From contig OZ241889.1 in assembly GCA_965203355.1 (NCBI GenBank), positions 3,296,001-3,360,000 of the forward strand: 64,000 nucleotides of DNA. The letters run 5' to 3'. Below the pieces are notes generated by a model. That model was not told where the DNA came from. It saw only the letters and a list, made by a program, of their open reading frames with translations, and ran no database searches. How positions within the stretch are numbered: position 1 is the first letter of the stretch; every line of letters begins with the position of its first letter. Shown piece after piece: positions 29,140-39,168 of the stretch. The stretch comes from Candidatus Latescibacterota bacterium. Its GTDB lineage: Bacteria > Latescibacterota > UBA2968 > UBA8231. Made by a program: the position numbers and the translations under genes.

Positions 29140-30228
29140 ATGCCACTCTACTTCTTAACCGCGTTCCTCGCCACCGCGGCTACGGCCGACACTTGGAACA
29201 CCTTTCGCGGCAACCCCCAACTCACCGGCGTCGCCTCCGCCGAGCTCGCCCCACCCCTAACGCTGCGCTGGGCCTACGCCACCCAAGACGCCATCGAATC
29301 CACGGCCGCCATACACAAAGGCACGGTGTACGTCGGCTCACTCGACGGACAACTCTATGCACTCGACTTGCACACGGGCGCGTTGGTCTGGCAGTACCAA
29401 GCCGACGGCGAGATCAAGTCGTCGCCCACGGTAGCCGACAGCACCGTGTACTTCGGCGACGAAGCCGGCACCTTCCACGCCGTCGCCATTGAAAACGGCC
29501 AGCGCCGCTGGACCTTCACGGCCGACGCGGGCATCATCTCCGCGGCCAACTACGCGGATGGCCGTCTTTACTTCGGCAGCTATGACCAGCACCTATACTG
29601 CCTCGGCGCAACCGCCGGGACCCTGATTTGGAAAATCGCCACAGAGGGGTATATTCACAGTACGCCGGCATTGTACGAACATCGCGTCGCCGTGGCGGGT
29701 TGCGACGGCTACTTGCGGCTTTTGGACCGCGCCGACGGCACCGAGCACCAGCGGCTTGAGCTGGGTGGATACGCAGCCTCCAGCGCCGCCATCCACGCGG
29801 GAAGCGCGTACTTAGGCACTTTTGGCAACGAAGTACTAGGCGTCGATTTAGGCGCGGGAGCCATTCGCTGGCGCTACGCCCACGCGGTGCGGAAATTTCC
29901 GTTTTACTCGTCGCCCGCTGTCGCCGACCAAGCAGTCGTCATCGGCGGCCGCGACAAACTCGTCCACGCGCTCGACCCACAAACCGGCCAATCCTTGTGG
30001 ACTTTTGCCGCGGGCATACGGGTGGATTCCTCGCCGGTCATTGCTGGTGCCTATGTGTACGTAGGGGCCCGGGCGATCATCGCCATTGCCATCGCCTCGG
30101 GCGCGGAAGTCTGGCGCTTTGACCCGGGCGCAGCCATCACCGCTTCGCCCGCTATCGCCGCGGACCGACTCGTCCTGGGTGCCACCGACGGCGTGCTGTA
30201 TTGCTTTGCCAAAGAAGTCAAACCATGA
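29140..30228 (+). CDS. Secreted PQQ-like (BamB/AfsK-type) beta-propeller protein
   Basis: WNTFRGN, VYVGSLDGQLYALD..TG..VW repeats. Confidence 0.8.
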   Translation: MPLYFLTAFLATAATADTWNTFRGNPQLTGVASAELAPPLTLRWAYATQDAIESTAAIHKGTVYVGSLDGQLYALDLHTGALVWQYQADGEIKSSPTVADSTVYFGDEAGTFHAVAIENGQRRWTFTADAGIISAANYADGRLYFGSYDQHLYCLGATAGTLIWKIATEGYIHSTPALYEHRVAVAGCDGYLRLLDRADGTEHQRLELGGYAASSAAIHAGSAYLGTFGNEVLGVDLGAGAIRWRYAHAVRKFPFYSSPAVADQAVVIGGRDKLVHALDPQTGQSLWTFAAGIRVDSSPVIAGAYVYVGARAIIAIAIASGAEVWRFDPGAAITASPAIAADRLVLGATDGVLYCFAKEVKP

Positions 30229-31574
30229 GTGATGCTAAGTCCCAACCGAGCAACGACCCCGCGACCACCCGCGCCGACCGCACCGCCACCGAGGTCGGCA
30301 GCGTCTTTGTCTCCAACTATCCCGCCTATTCGTTCTGGGGCGAGGAAGACGTCCCGCAAGCACACCGCGCACTCGCCGAGCCACCGCGGCCCGGCACTCA
30401 GCTCGGCCTCTACCTCCACATCCCCTTCTGCCGCAAGCGCTGCAAGTTCTGTTACTTCCGCGTCTATACGGACAAAAACAGCCAGCAAATCCAGACCTAT
30501 CTCGACGCCCTCGCCCGCGAAGTGGAACACTACGCGCAACAGCCAGCCATCCAAGACCGGCCCCTGCACTTTATCTACTTTGGCGGCGGCACGCCCTCTT
30601 ACATCAGTTCGCGGCATCTCCGCGCGTTGGCAGCACGCCTCCAAGACGCCATGCCTTGGGACCACGCCGACGAAATCGCCTTCGAGTGCGAGCCGGGCAC
30701 CCTGACCCAAGCCAAGTTAGAAGCCATCCGCGCCATCGGCGTCACCCGCCTCAGCTTGGGTATAGAAAACCTCGACGACGAAATTCTGCGCCACAACGGC
30801 CGCGCCCACGTCAGCCAGGAAATCTACCAAGTCGTGCCCTGGATCCACGCGCTCGACTTCGAGCAGGTCAACGTCGATCTGATCGCCGGCATGGTCGGCG
30901 AAACCTGGCCGAGCTGGCGGCAGACCGTGCAAAAGACCGTCGAGCTCAATCCGGACAGCGTCACCGTTTATCAGCTCGAGTTGCCCTACAACACGGTCTA
31001 TTCCAAGGACCTACTCGCTGGCGACCGCACGCCGCTGGCCCTGGCCGACTGGCAGACCAAACGCGCCTGGCACGCCTATGCCTTCGAGCAGCTAGCCGCC
31101 GCTGGCTACGTGCGTTCGAGCGCCTACACCATGACGAAAACGCCGGGCGCCCGCTTCGCGTACCGCGACGCCGTGTGGACCGGCCAAGACCTGCTCGGCA
31201 CCGGCGTGGCCTCCTTCTCGCACCTGAGCGGCGTCCACTACCAGAACGCGCCCAACTGGGACGAGTACCTCGCCGCCTGCGAGCGCGGCGAACTCCCCAT
31301 CCACCGCGCCTTTGCCACCAACCGCGAAGAGCAACTCACGCGCGAGGTGATCCTCCAGCTCAAGTTAGGCGCGTTGGATCCCGCGTATTTTCGCGCCAAA
31401 TTCGGGGTCGATATCGCGGCCCATTTCGCGGCGGCACTCAGCGGCCTGCGCGACGAGGGCATGCTCCAATTCGATGCCAACGCGATTGCGCTGACCAGCG
31501 AGGGCCTCCTGCGCGTCGATCAGCTGCTGCCCGACTTCTACCAAACCCAATACCGCAACGCACGCTACACCTAA
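30225..31574 (+). CDS. HemN-like (class C) radical SAM enzyme
   Basis: LYLHIPFCRKRCKFCYF (CxxxCxxC), YFGGGTPS, RLSLG, NVDLIAG; N-terminal SNYPAYSFW; ATGA overlap. Confidence 0.85.
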   Translation: MSDAKSQPSNDPATTRADRTATEVGSVFVSNYPAYSFWGEEDVPQAHRALAEPPRPGTQLGLYLHIPFCRKRCKFCYFRVYTDKNSQQIQTYLDALAREVEHYAQQPAIQDRPLHFIYFGGGTPSYISSRHLRALAARLQDAMPWDHADEIAFECEPGTLTQAKLEAIRAIGVTRLSLGIENLDDEILRHNGRAHVSQEIYQVVPWIHALDFEQVNVDLIAGMVGETWPSWRQTVQKTVELNPDSVTVYQLELPYNTVYSKDLLAGDRTPLALADWQTKRAWHAYAFEQLAAAGYVRSSAYTMTKTPGARFAYRDAVWTGQDLLGTGVASFSHLSGVHYQNAPNWDEYLAACERGELPIHRAFATNREEQLTREVILQLKLGALDPAYFRAKFGVDIAAHFAAALSGLRDEGMLQFDANAIALTSEGLLRVDQLLPDFYQTQYRNARYT

Positions 31575-31587
31575 ATGGGAGGTACCC

Positions 31588-32832
31588 TTGAAAACCACCA
31601 TCGCACTTCTGCTCTGCTGGACCGCCGCGGCCCAAGCGGCCGACTGGCCTCAATGGCGCGGCCCTCAGCGCGACGGCATCTCCAGCGAAACCGGCCTCTT
31701 TAAGGCCGAGCAACCTTTTGCGGAAGCATGGCGCGTCCCGCTCGGCTCGGGCTTCTCCGGCATCGCTATCGCCGACGGCCGGGTCTTCACCATGTTCGCC
31801 CAAGGCCAAGACGAATTCGCCATCTGCCTCGATGAACAAACCGGCGCAGAACGCTGGCGGCACCGCACCGGCCCTTACTACCGGGAGACCCAAGGGGGCG
31901 ACGGCCCGCGCGCGACGCCCACCGTCGATGGCGAAGTCGTCTATGTACTCGGGGCCACCGGCGCGTTGTTCGCGCTCGACGCCGCGCGTGGTGCGCTGAT
32001 CTGGGAAAAGGATCTGGTCGCTGAATTTAACAGCGAAGTGCCCAGGTGGGGCTTTAGCACCTCGCCTTTAGTCGAGGGCAATCTGCTGCTCGTCGAAGCG
32101 GGCGGCGTCAATGGCAACTTCCTCGTCGAAATGGTCGTCGATCACCGGGCCGCGGCCACGGTCGTCGCCCTCGACAAGGCCAGCGGCCAAACCGTTTGGA
32201 CCGCGCTCGACGACAAAATGGGGTACTCGTCGCCGATCGCCTGTACCGTCAACGGCCAGCGGCAGCTCGTCTTCTTCACCGCGTACTCCCTGATCGGCTT
32301 GGCGCCAACCACCGGCCAAACCCTCTGGACCTATCCGTGGCAGACGCGCTACGACGTCAACGCCGCCACCCCGGTTTTCATCCCACCCAACCGCGTCTTT
32401 ATCTCCTCGGCCTACGACAAGGGCGCCGCGGTCGTGCAGATTGGCGCGGACGCGGCCATCGAGGAGGTCTGGCGCAACAAAGAAATGCAGAACCAATTCA
32501 GCACTTCGGTGTACCTCCAAGACCATCTCTACGGCTTTGACAAAACGATCCTCAAGTGCATCGACGCCCGCACCGGCGCGGAAAAGTGGAAGACCCGGGG
32601 CTACGGCAACGGCTCCCTAATCGCGGCCGACGGGCACCTCATCCTGTTGGGCGAAAAAGGCAACCTCGGCCTCGCCCAGGCCTCCCCCGAAGGCTTTGTC
32701 GAAAAGGCCAGCTATCCCGCCTTTGACAGCCGCTGCTGGACCGCTCCTTCGCTGGCCAATGGCCGTCTCTACCTGCGCGACGAAAGCGAAATGGTCTGCG
32801 TGAACATACACTCAGTGGGAGCGGATCAATGA
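31588..32832 (+). CDS. Secreted PQQ-like beta-propeller protein
   Basis: SD GGAGG with TTG start; ADWPQWRGP, GPRATPTVDG, GYSSP, WTAPSLANGRLYLR. Confidence 0.8.
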   Translation: MKTTIALLLCWTAAAQAADWPQWRGPQRDGISSETGLFKAEQPFAEAWRVPLGSGFSGIAIADGRVFTMFAQGQDEFAICLDEQTGAERWRHRTGPYYRETQGGDGPRATPTVDGEVVYVLGATGALFALDAARGALIWEKDLVAEFNSEVPRWGFSTSPLVEGNLLLVEAGGVNGNFLVEMVVDHRAAATVVALDKASGQTVWTALDDKMGYSSPIACTVNGQRQLVFFTAYSLIGLAPTTGQTLWTYPWQTRYDVNAATPVFIPPNRVFISSAYDKGAAVVQIGADAAIEEVWRNKEMQNQFSTSVYLQDHLYGFDKTILKCIDARTGAEKWKTRGYGNGSLIAADGHLILLGEKGNLGLAQASPEGFVEKASYPAFDSRCWTAPSLANGRLYLRDESEMVCVNIHSVGADQ

Positions 32833-34964
32833 GCAATTTTCGCGGCATCCTGTTGATTTTTGCCTGGTTGCCAGCTACCCCCCTCGTCCACGCCCAAAGT
32901 GCCGACGACTCCCTCCACGTCGTCGACGAAACCATCGTCACCGGCGCGCGGCTGGCCATCCCCCGCGCCAACGCCATCGCCACCAAAATGCCCCTGCCCC
33001 TGCACAAAACGCCCCTAAGCGTCGGCATCGTCCCCCAGGCCCTAATCGAGACCCAAGACGGAGCGACCCTCAGCGACGCCCTGGCCCATGTCAGCGGCGT
33101 CGGCGTCCACACCAACTTTGGCGTCCACGACCTGTTCTACCTGCGCGGCTTCGACTCGCTCGCCAACGGCTTGGTGCTCTCGGACGGAGCACCCGAGCCC
33201 GAAGCTACCTTCTACCAACTCTACAACGTCGAGCGCGTCGAGGTCCTCAAAGGGCCCGGGGCCTTCCTCTACGGCGGCAACCCGCTGTCGGGCACCATCA
33301 ACCTCGTCCGCAAACGGCCCACCCCGGCGCGCGACTTTGCCCGCGTCAACGCCTCAATAGGCCGCTTCTCCACGTACCGCGCCACCCTCGACGCCAGCCG
33401 CGCCCGGCCCGAGCACAATCTCGCTTGGCGTCTCAACGCGCTGTGGCAGGACGCAGCCGGCTACCGCGACGACAAACACAGCGCCATCATCGCCGTAAAC
33501 CCAACGCTGCGGCTGGACCTCGGCGCGCGGGCGACACTACACCTCGACTTTGAGTATTTGACGAGCGAACATCGCTCGGACTCCGGGCTGCCCATCGTCG
33601 CGGGCGCCTTGCCCGAGGTGCCGCGCACCCGTTCATACCAATCGCCCTTTGATATTTCCGAGCAGACCATCCTGCGCTTTCGCGCCGACTATGAATGGCA
33701 TTTAGGGCCCCATTTCACTTTGCGCGACAAACTCTACTACACCAGCCTCGACTGGCCCTCGCAGGGCACCCTGTTCAACGGAGTTTTTCCCACCGCGGCC
33801 GGTTCGCTTAACCTCGCCCGTACCCTGCTCGACCTCGACGACCAGCAGTGGATCGTCGGCAACCAACTCGAGGGCCTCCTAAAACTTCAAACCGGCGATA
33901 TTGAACACCAGTTGCTCTTTGGCCTAGAGGTCGCCAACCACGCCGACGACTTCACCCTAAACGTGGCCTTGCTTTCGCAGGTCGATCTGTTCACTCTCGA
34001 CGCAACGTTGCCCCCGAGTCTGGCCTCCTTCATGCCAGCCGCCGCCGGGACCGATTCCCTTTTGGTCCCCCTGCCCGACCAAGCCACCGCCGCCCAAGCC
34101 GCCGCGCAAACATGGGCGCCGTACTTTGTCGATCGCCTAATTTTCAGCCCCCACTTTGAGCTGTTGCTCGGGGGCCGCTTTGACAGGATCCACTACGAGG
34201 ACGATTTCACCGCCACCCAGCGCGATTACCGCCAGTTAAGTCCGCTGATCGGGGCCACTTTCGCGCCCACTCAGGCCCTCTCGCTCTACGCCAATGCGGG
34301 CCGCGCTTTTGCCCCGCCTTCCTCCCAAGTCGCTGGCGACCGCCAACCCGAAGAAAGCACCCAGCGCGAAATCGGCGCCAAAGCCGCGCTGCTCAACGGC
34401 CAACTCACCGCCAACCTCGCCCTCTTCAGCCTCGACAAAGAGCACATCGCCATCCCCGACGATAATGGAGTCACCCGGCAGCTCGGCAACCAGCGTGCCC
34501 GGGGCCTAGAGGTGGAACTGGCCGCGCGGCTGGCCCAAGGCTGGTACGCCCAAGGCACCTACGCCTTTTTAGACGCCGAGCTGACGCACTTCAACGAATC
34601 GGTGTTGGTCCCCACCGCCGATGGCTTGGTCCCCCAGGTCTTTGACCGCACCGGCAAGGTGCCGGCCTTCGCGCCCGAACACCTTTTGACGCTGTGGGCC
34701 GCCCGCGACCTAGGCGCGAACCTCACCTTGGCGGCCGGCATCCGCTACGTCGGTAGCCAGTTCGTGGCCGAGGACAATGTCTATGCGATCGACCGGGTGC
34801 TGACGCTCGACTGCGGGCTGACCTATCGGCGAGGTCCCGGGCGGCTGCGGATAAATCTCAAGAACGCGACCAACAGCGAATACGAGACCCGCGGCTTCGG
34901 GGCCACTTCGGTCATCCCGGCGGCCCCTTTCTCCTTTAAGGCGTCCCTAGGGTATTCGCTGTGA
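32829..34964 (+). CDS. TonB-dependent receptor (siderophore-receptor-like)
   Basis: ETIVTG, ATKMPLPL..TPLSV, LRGF, ERVEVLKGPGAFLYG, GTINLVRK, RGLEVE, KNATN..Y, C-terminal beta strand. Confidence 0.9.
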   Translation: MSNFRGILLIFAWLPATPLVHAQSADDSLHVVDETIVTGARLAIPRANAIATKMPLPLHKTPLSVGIVPQALIETQDGATLSDALAHVSGVGVHTNFGVHDLFYLRGFDSLANGLVLSDGAPEPEATFYQLYNVERVEVLKGPGAFLYGGNPLSGTINLVRKRPTPARDFARVNASIGRFSTYRATLDASRARPEHNLAWRLNALWQDAAGYRDDKHSAIIAVNPTLRLDLGARATLHLDFEYLTSEHRSDSGLPIVAGALPEVPRTRSYQSPFDISEQTILRFRADYEWHLGPHFTLRDKLYYTSLDWPSQGTLFNGVFPTAAGSLNLARTLLDLDDQQWIVGNQLEGLLKLQTGDIEHQLLFGLEVANHADDFTLNVALLSQVDLFTLDATLPPSLASFMPAAAGTDSLLVPLPDQATAAQAAAQTWAPYFVDRLIFSPHFELLLGGRFDRIHYEDDFTATQRDYRQLSPLIGATFAPTQALSLYANAGRAFAPPSSQVAGDRQPEESTQREIGAKAALLNGQLTANLALFSLDKEHIAIPDDNGVTRQLGNQRARGLEVELAARLAQGWYAQGTYAFLDAELTHFNESVLVPTADGLVPQVFDRTGKVPAFAPEHLLTLWAARDLGANLTLAAGIRYVGSQFVAEDNVYAIDRVLTLDCGLTYRRGPGRLRINLKNATNSEYETRGFGATSVIPAAPFSFKASLGYSL

Positions 34965-36238
34965 GCCACGGCGAACATCTCAGCCGCGACGCGCTGGCCG
35001 AGCACCAACTTCAACGGCTGCACACCCTGCTGGGCCAAGTGCTGGAGACGAACCCATTTTACCGCCAGAAGCTCAACGCGGCCGGGATCGCCCAGGCCGA
35101 GGACATCGCCGATCTGGACGACTTGGCCCGCCTTCCCTTTACCACCCGCGCCGAGCTTTCGGCCAACCAAGTCGCGCATCCGCCCTACGGCACGAACCTC
35201 ACCTATCCGCCCCAATGCTACACCCGCATCCACCAAACGTCCGGCACCACCGGCCAGCGTTTGCGCTGGCTCGATACGGCCGCAAGCTGGGGCTGGTGGG
35301 GGCGCTGCTGGGCGCAAGTCTATCGCGCCGTTGGCGTCAGCGGCCGGGACCGCATTTTTTTCGCGTTCTCGTTTGGCCCGTTCATCGGCTTCTGGAGCGG
35401 ACACCAAGGAGCCAGCCACCTTGGCGCCTTGATCGTCCCGGGCGGTGGCATGTCGTCGGCGCAGCGTCTAGACGCCATCGTCGAAAACGAAATCACCGTC
35501 CTCGTTTGTACCCCGACGTATGCCTTGCACTTGGGCGAAGTGGCCCGCGCGCGCGGCCTCGATCTGGCCGCAAGCAGCGTACACACGACCATCCACGCGG
35601 GCGAGCCGGGCGCGAACCTCCCGGCTACCCGCGCCCAACTCGAGCGCATTTGGGGGGCCCGCTGTGCCGACCACGCCGGAGCCACCGAAGTCGGCGCTTG
35701 GGGTTTTGACTGCCGCGAACAGGCCGGCCTGCACCTCAACGAGCGCGAGTTCATCTGCGAGATCGTCGATCCGCAAAGCGGCGCACCGGCCGACGAGGGC
35801 GAGCTGGTCATCACCAATCTCGGCCGCCCGGGGATGCCCGTCATCCGCTACCGCACCGGCGACCGCGTCGCCCGCAATCGCACGCCCTGTGCTTGTGGCC
35901 GCACCTTTCAACGGCTGCGCGGCGGCGTCATCGGTCGCCTCGACGATGCCCTGCTCATCCGCGGCGTGGTCGTCTATCCCAGTGCCATTGAAAACGTCGT
36001 GCGCCAGTTCCCGGCCGTCGCCGAATTTGCCGTTGACATCTATCGGCGCAAAGCACTCGACGAGTTGGAGGTGCGCCTAGAACTCAACGGCCAGGCCAAC
36101 GACACCGCCGACCAAGTGGCACGCGCCCTCGCCCACCGGCTGGGGCTGCGCGCCGACATCCAAATGGCCGCGCCGAACACCTTGCCGCGCTTTGAACTCA
36201 AAGCCCGGCGCTTCACCGATCACCGGAGCAAATCGTGA
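34961..36238 (+). CDS. Phenylacetate-CoA ligase (PaaK)-like AMP-binding enzyme
   Basis: LPFTT, HQTSGTTG, CTPTYA, AGEPG, GATEVG, GELVIT, IRYRTGD, GRLDD; GTGA overlap. Confidence 0.85.
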   Translation: MSHGEHLSRDALAEHQLQRLHTLLGQVLETNPFYRQKLNAAGIAQAEDIADLDDLARLPFTTRAELSANQVAHPPYGTNLTYPPQCYTRIHQTSGTTGQRLRWLDTAASWGWWGRCWAQVYRAVGVSGRDRIFFAFSFGPFIGFWSGHQGASHLGALIVPGGGMSSAQRLDAIVENEITVLVCTPTYALHLGEVARARGLDLAASSVHTTIHAGEPGANLPATRAQLERIWGARCADHAGATEVGAWGFDCREQAGLHLNEREFICEIVDPQSGAPADEGELVITNLGRPGMPVIRYRTGDRVARNRTPCACGRTFQRLRGGVIGRLDDALLIRGVVVYPSAIENVVRQFPAVAEFAVDIYRRKALDELEVRLELNGQANDTADQVARALAHRLGLRADIQMAAPNTLPRFELKARRFTDHRSKS

Positions 36239-37491
36239 GCGACGTCATCGTCATCGGCGGCGGCCCGGCGGGCAGTACCGTAGCGGCCCTCGTCGCCGCC
36301 ACCGGCCGCTCAGTCCAGATCTTCGAGCGGGCGCAGTTCCCCCGCTTCGCCATCGGCGAGTCGCTCATGCCAGCGACCTACTGGACGTTCAAACGGCTCG
36401 GGGTGCTCGACCAACTCAGAGACAGCGCCTTCCCCCGCAAACACAGCGTGCAGTTTTTCGGCCCGTCCGGGCGCGGCTCAACGCCCTTTTACTTTTCCGC
36501 CACCAATCCCCACGAGAGCGCGGTAACTTGGCAGGTCTTGCGCGGCCCATTCGACGAGATGCTCCTCGACAACGCCCGCGCCAAAGGGGCCCAAGTGCAT
36601 CAAGGGGCCCGCGTTCTCAAAGTGCTATTCGCCGGCGATCGCGCCCTGGGCGTACGCGCCCAACTCGCCAACGGCCAAACGCGCGATTTTACGGCACAAG
36701 TAGTAGTAGATGCCACCGGCCAGAGTGCGCTGCTGGGCCGCAAGCTCAAGCTGACCCAGCCCGAGCCTGCGCTGAAAAAAGCCTCGATCTACACCCACTA
36801 TCGCGGCGGCCAGCGCGACGAAGGCATGGACGCGGGCGCGACCTTGATCCTCCACACCGAGCAGCGGGATTCCTGGTTCTGGTACATTCCCCTGCCCGAC
36901 GACCGAGTCAGCGTCGGCGTGGTCGGCGCGATTTCCTATTTGGTTCAAGGCCGCCGCGAAAACGCCCAAGCTATCTTCGAGCAAGAGTTGGCCAAGTGCC
37001 GCCCCATGCAGGCGCGCTTGCAACGCGCCGAACCACTCTTTCCGGTCAAAACCACCAAGGACTTCTCCTATCGCGCCAACCGCATCGCCGGCCAAGGCTG
37101 GGTGCTAGTCGGCGATGCGTTCTGTTTTCTCGACCCGATGTACTCTTCGGGCGTGTACCTAGCCCTCAAGTCCGGCGAAATGGCGGCCGACGCCATTGCC
37201 GCGGCTTTTGCCAAAGGCGACTTTTCGGCCGCGCAGTTGGGCGGTTTCGGTCCCGAGCTGGTGCGCGGCATGGAGGCGGTGCGCAAAATGGTGTACGCCT
37301 TCTACGCCAAGGACTTCAGCTTCGCCGAATTCCTCAAGCGCCATCCCGAATGCAAACAGGGGGTCATCGACGTACTCAGCGGCAACCTCTTTAGCGCGCG
37401 CGTCGAGTCCATTTTCGGGCCGATGAGCGAGGTGTGCCCGATGCCGGCCGCGGTCCCCTTAACCCTACAACCTTCAGGAGCGACCCCATGA
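36235..37491 (+). CDS. FAD-dependent halogenase-like oxidoreductase
   Basis: GGGPAG, FPRFAIGESL, FPRK, WFWYIP (WxWxIP), GDAFCFLDPMYSSGV; GTGA overlap. Confidence 0.8.
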   Translation: MSDVIVIGGGPAGSTVAALVAATGRSVQIFERAQFPRFAIGESLMPATYWTFKRLGVLDQLRDSAFPRKHSVQFFGPSGRGSTPFYFSATNPHESAVTWQVLRGPFDEMLLDNARAKGAQVHQGARVLKVLFAGDRALGVRAQLANGQTRDFTAQVVVDATGQSALLGRKLKLTQPEPALKKASIYTHYRGGQRDEGMDAGATLILHTEQRDSWFWYIPLPDDRVSVGVVGAISYLVQGRRENAQAIFEQELAKCRPMQARLQRAEPLFPVKTTKDFSYRANRIAGQGWVLVGDAFCFLDPMYSSGVYLALKSGEMAADAIAAAFAKGDFSAAQLGGFGPELVRGMEAVRKMVYAFYAKDFSFAEFLKRHPECKQGVIDVLSGNLFSARVESIFGPMSEVCPMPAAVPLTLQPSGATP

Positions 37492-37715
37492 ACGCCACCG
37501 GCCGCCGACTCCTCTACTTGGGGCTTCTGGTCCTCTATTTCCTGCACAATGATCTCTGGCTCTGGGACGATCCGCGCATCGTCTGGGGGCTGCCCATCGG
37601 CTTGCTCTATCACATCGGCTTCTGCTTGGCCGCGACCGGGCTGATGGTCTTGCTGGTCAACTACGCTTGGCCGTCCGAGCTGGACGCCGAGAGCGAGGAG
37701 CAGCAATCGGCATGA
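37488..37715 (+). CDS. Small membrane partner of SSS transporter (DUF3311-like)
   Basis: LHNDLWLWDD..VWGLPIGLLYH; two TMs; ATGA overlaps on both sides. Confidence 0.7.
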   Translation: MNATGRRLLYLGLLVLYFLHNDLWLWDDPRIVWGLPIGLLYHIGFCLAATGLMVLLVNYAWPSELDAESEEQQSA

Positions 37716-39166
37716 CTACAATCATCATCTTCTGCTACCTAGGCCTAGTACTCGGCATCGGCGTCCTCTCCAATCGCTTCTTTCGCGGCACCGGCGAGGA
37801 CTACTTCGTCGCCAGTCGCTCCATTGGCCCTTTCCTATTGCTGATGTCGCTGTTTGGCACCAACATGACCGCATTCGCCATTTTGGGCGCCTCCGGCGAA
37901 GCCTATCACGCCGGGATTGGCGTCTTCGCCCTGATGCCTTCAGGGGCCGCCCTGATCATCCCGGCGGTCTTTTTCTTCATTGGTACGCGCGTCTGGGCAC
38001 TCGGCAAACGCCACAACTTGCTCACGCAGGTCCAGTACTTTCGCCGCCGCTGGGAATCCGACGACTTGGGCCTGCTGCTCTTCGCGGTCATGATCGCGCT
38101 GCTGATTCCCTACCTGCTCATCGGCGTCATGGGCGGCGGCCTCACGCTCGCTCAAATTACCAAGGGGCAGATCCCCCAGTGGGTCGGCGGCCTGTTGATC
38201 TGCTTGGTGGTGCTGACCTACGTCAGTTTCGGCGGCATGAGGAGCACCGCTTGGGCCAACGCCTTTCAAACCCTAATTTTTATGATCCTCGGCGGCGCGA
38301 CCTTCTTCGTCATCGTCGATAAGTTAGGTGGGTTGGGCAGCGCACTCGCGCAAGTCGCCGCCGCGCACCCCGAGCTGCTGATCAGAGGCGACCTTGTCAG
38401 TCCGCTCAAACTGTTGACCTATACCTGCATCCCCCTGTCGGTCGGCATGTTCCCCCACCTTTTCACCCACTGGCTCACCGCCCAAAGTGCCCGCACCTTT
38501 CGCTATCCCCTAATGCTGTACCCGCTGTGCATAGCCATCGTCTGGATTCCCAGCGTGTTGTTGGGGATCTTCGGCACGATTGACTTTCCCGGCCTCAAGG
38601 GCGCGGCCGCCAACTCGGTGCTGGTCAAGATGATCGACCTACACGCCCCGAATGCGCTGGCCGGCTTGCTGGCCGCCGGGGTCTTTGCCGCCATCATGTC
38701 CTCGCTCGACTCGCAGGTGCTGTCTATCAGCAACATGTTCACCCAAGACATCGTCCGCCACTATCGCAAGGGCGAAGAGTTGAGCGAAAAGGCCCAAGTC
38801 CTGTGGGGTCGCCTCTTCGTGGCGGCCGTCTTAGCCGTTACCTACGTGCTGTCGCTGATCTCGGCCCGCAGCATCTTCTCCCTCGCCATCTGGTCTTTCA
38901 CCGGCTTTGCCGCGCTCTTTCCGGTGATCGTCGCCGCCCTGTTCTGGAAGCGCAGCACCCAGTACGGCGCCTTTGCCTCGGTGCTCACGGTGGCCGTGCT
39001 GTGGTGCTATTTCTTCTTTCAGGGGTGGAAAATTCCCGGCTATACCGTCGGCATGACCGGGGTGATGCCGGTGGTGGTGATCCTAGCGGCTTCTACCGCC
39101 GCCATGATCGTCGGCTCGCTGCTGACCAAGCCACCCGCCAAAAGCACCGTCGATACCTTTTTCTAG
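37712..39166 (+). CDS. Sodium:solute symporter family protein
   Basis: DYFVASRSIG, GGMRSTAWANAFQ, AAIMSSLDS. Confidence 0.9.
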   Translation: MTTIIIFCYLGLVLGIGVLSNRFFRGTGEDYFVASRSIGPFLLLMSLFGTNMTAFAILGASGEAYHAGIGVFALMPSGAALIIPAVFFFIGTRVWALGKRHNLLTQVQYFRRRWESDDLGLLLFAVMIALLIPYLLIGVMGGGLTLAQITKGQIPQWVGGLLICLVVLTYVSFGGMRSTAWANAFQTLIFMILGGATFFVIVDKLGGLGSALAQVAAAHPELLIRGDLVSPLKLLTYTCIPLSVGMFPHLFTHWLTAQSARTFRYPLMLYPLCIAIVWIPSVLLGIFGTIDFPGLKGAAANSVLVKMIDLHAPNALAGLLAAGVFAAIMSSLDSQVLSISNMFTQDIVRHYRKGEELSEKAQVLWGRLFVAAVLAVTYVLSLISARSIFSLAIWSFTGFAALFPVIVAALFWKRSTQYGAFASVLTVAVLWCYFFFQGWKIPGYTVGMTGVMPVVVILAASTAAMIVGSLLTKPPAKSTVDTFF

Positions 39167-39168
39167 CA

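Noticed and set aside
21615-32832. PQQ-dependent alcohol/glucose dehydrogenases or true BamB
   Set aside because: Only generic propeller repeats; no vicinal-Cys ADH motif, no pqq genes, no yfgM/der context
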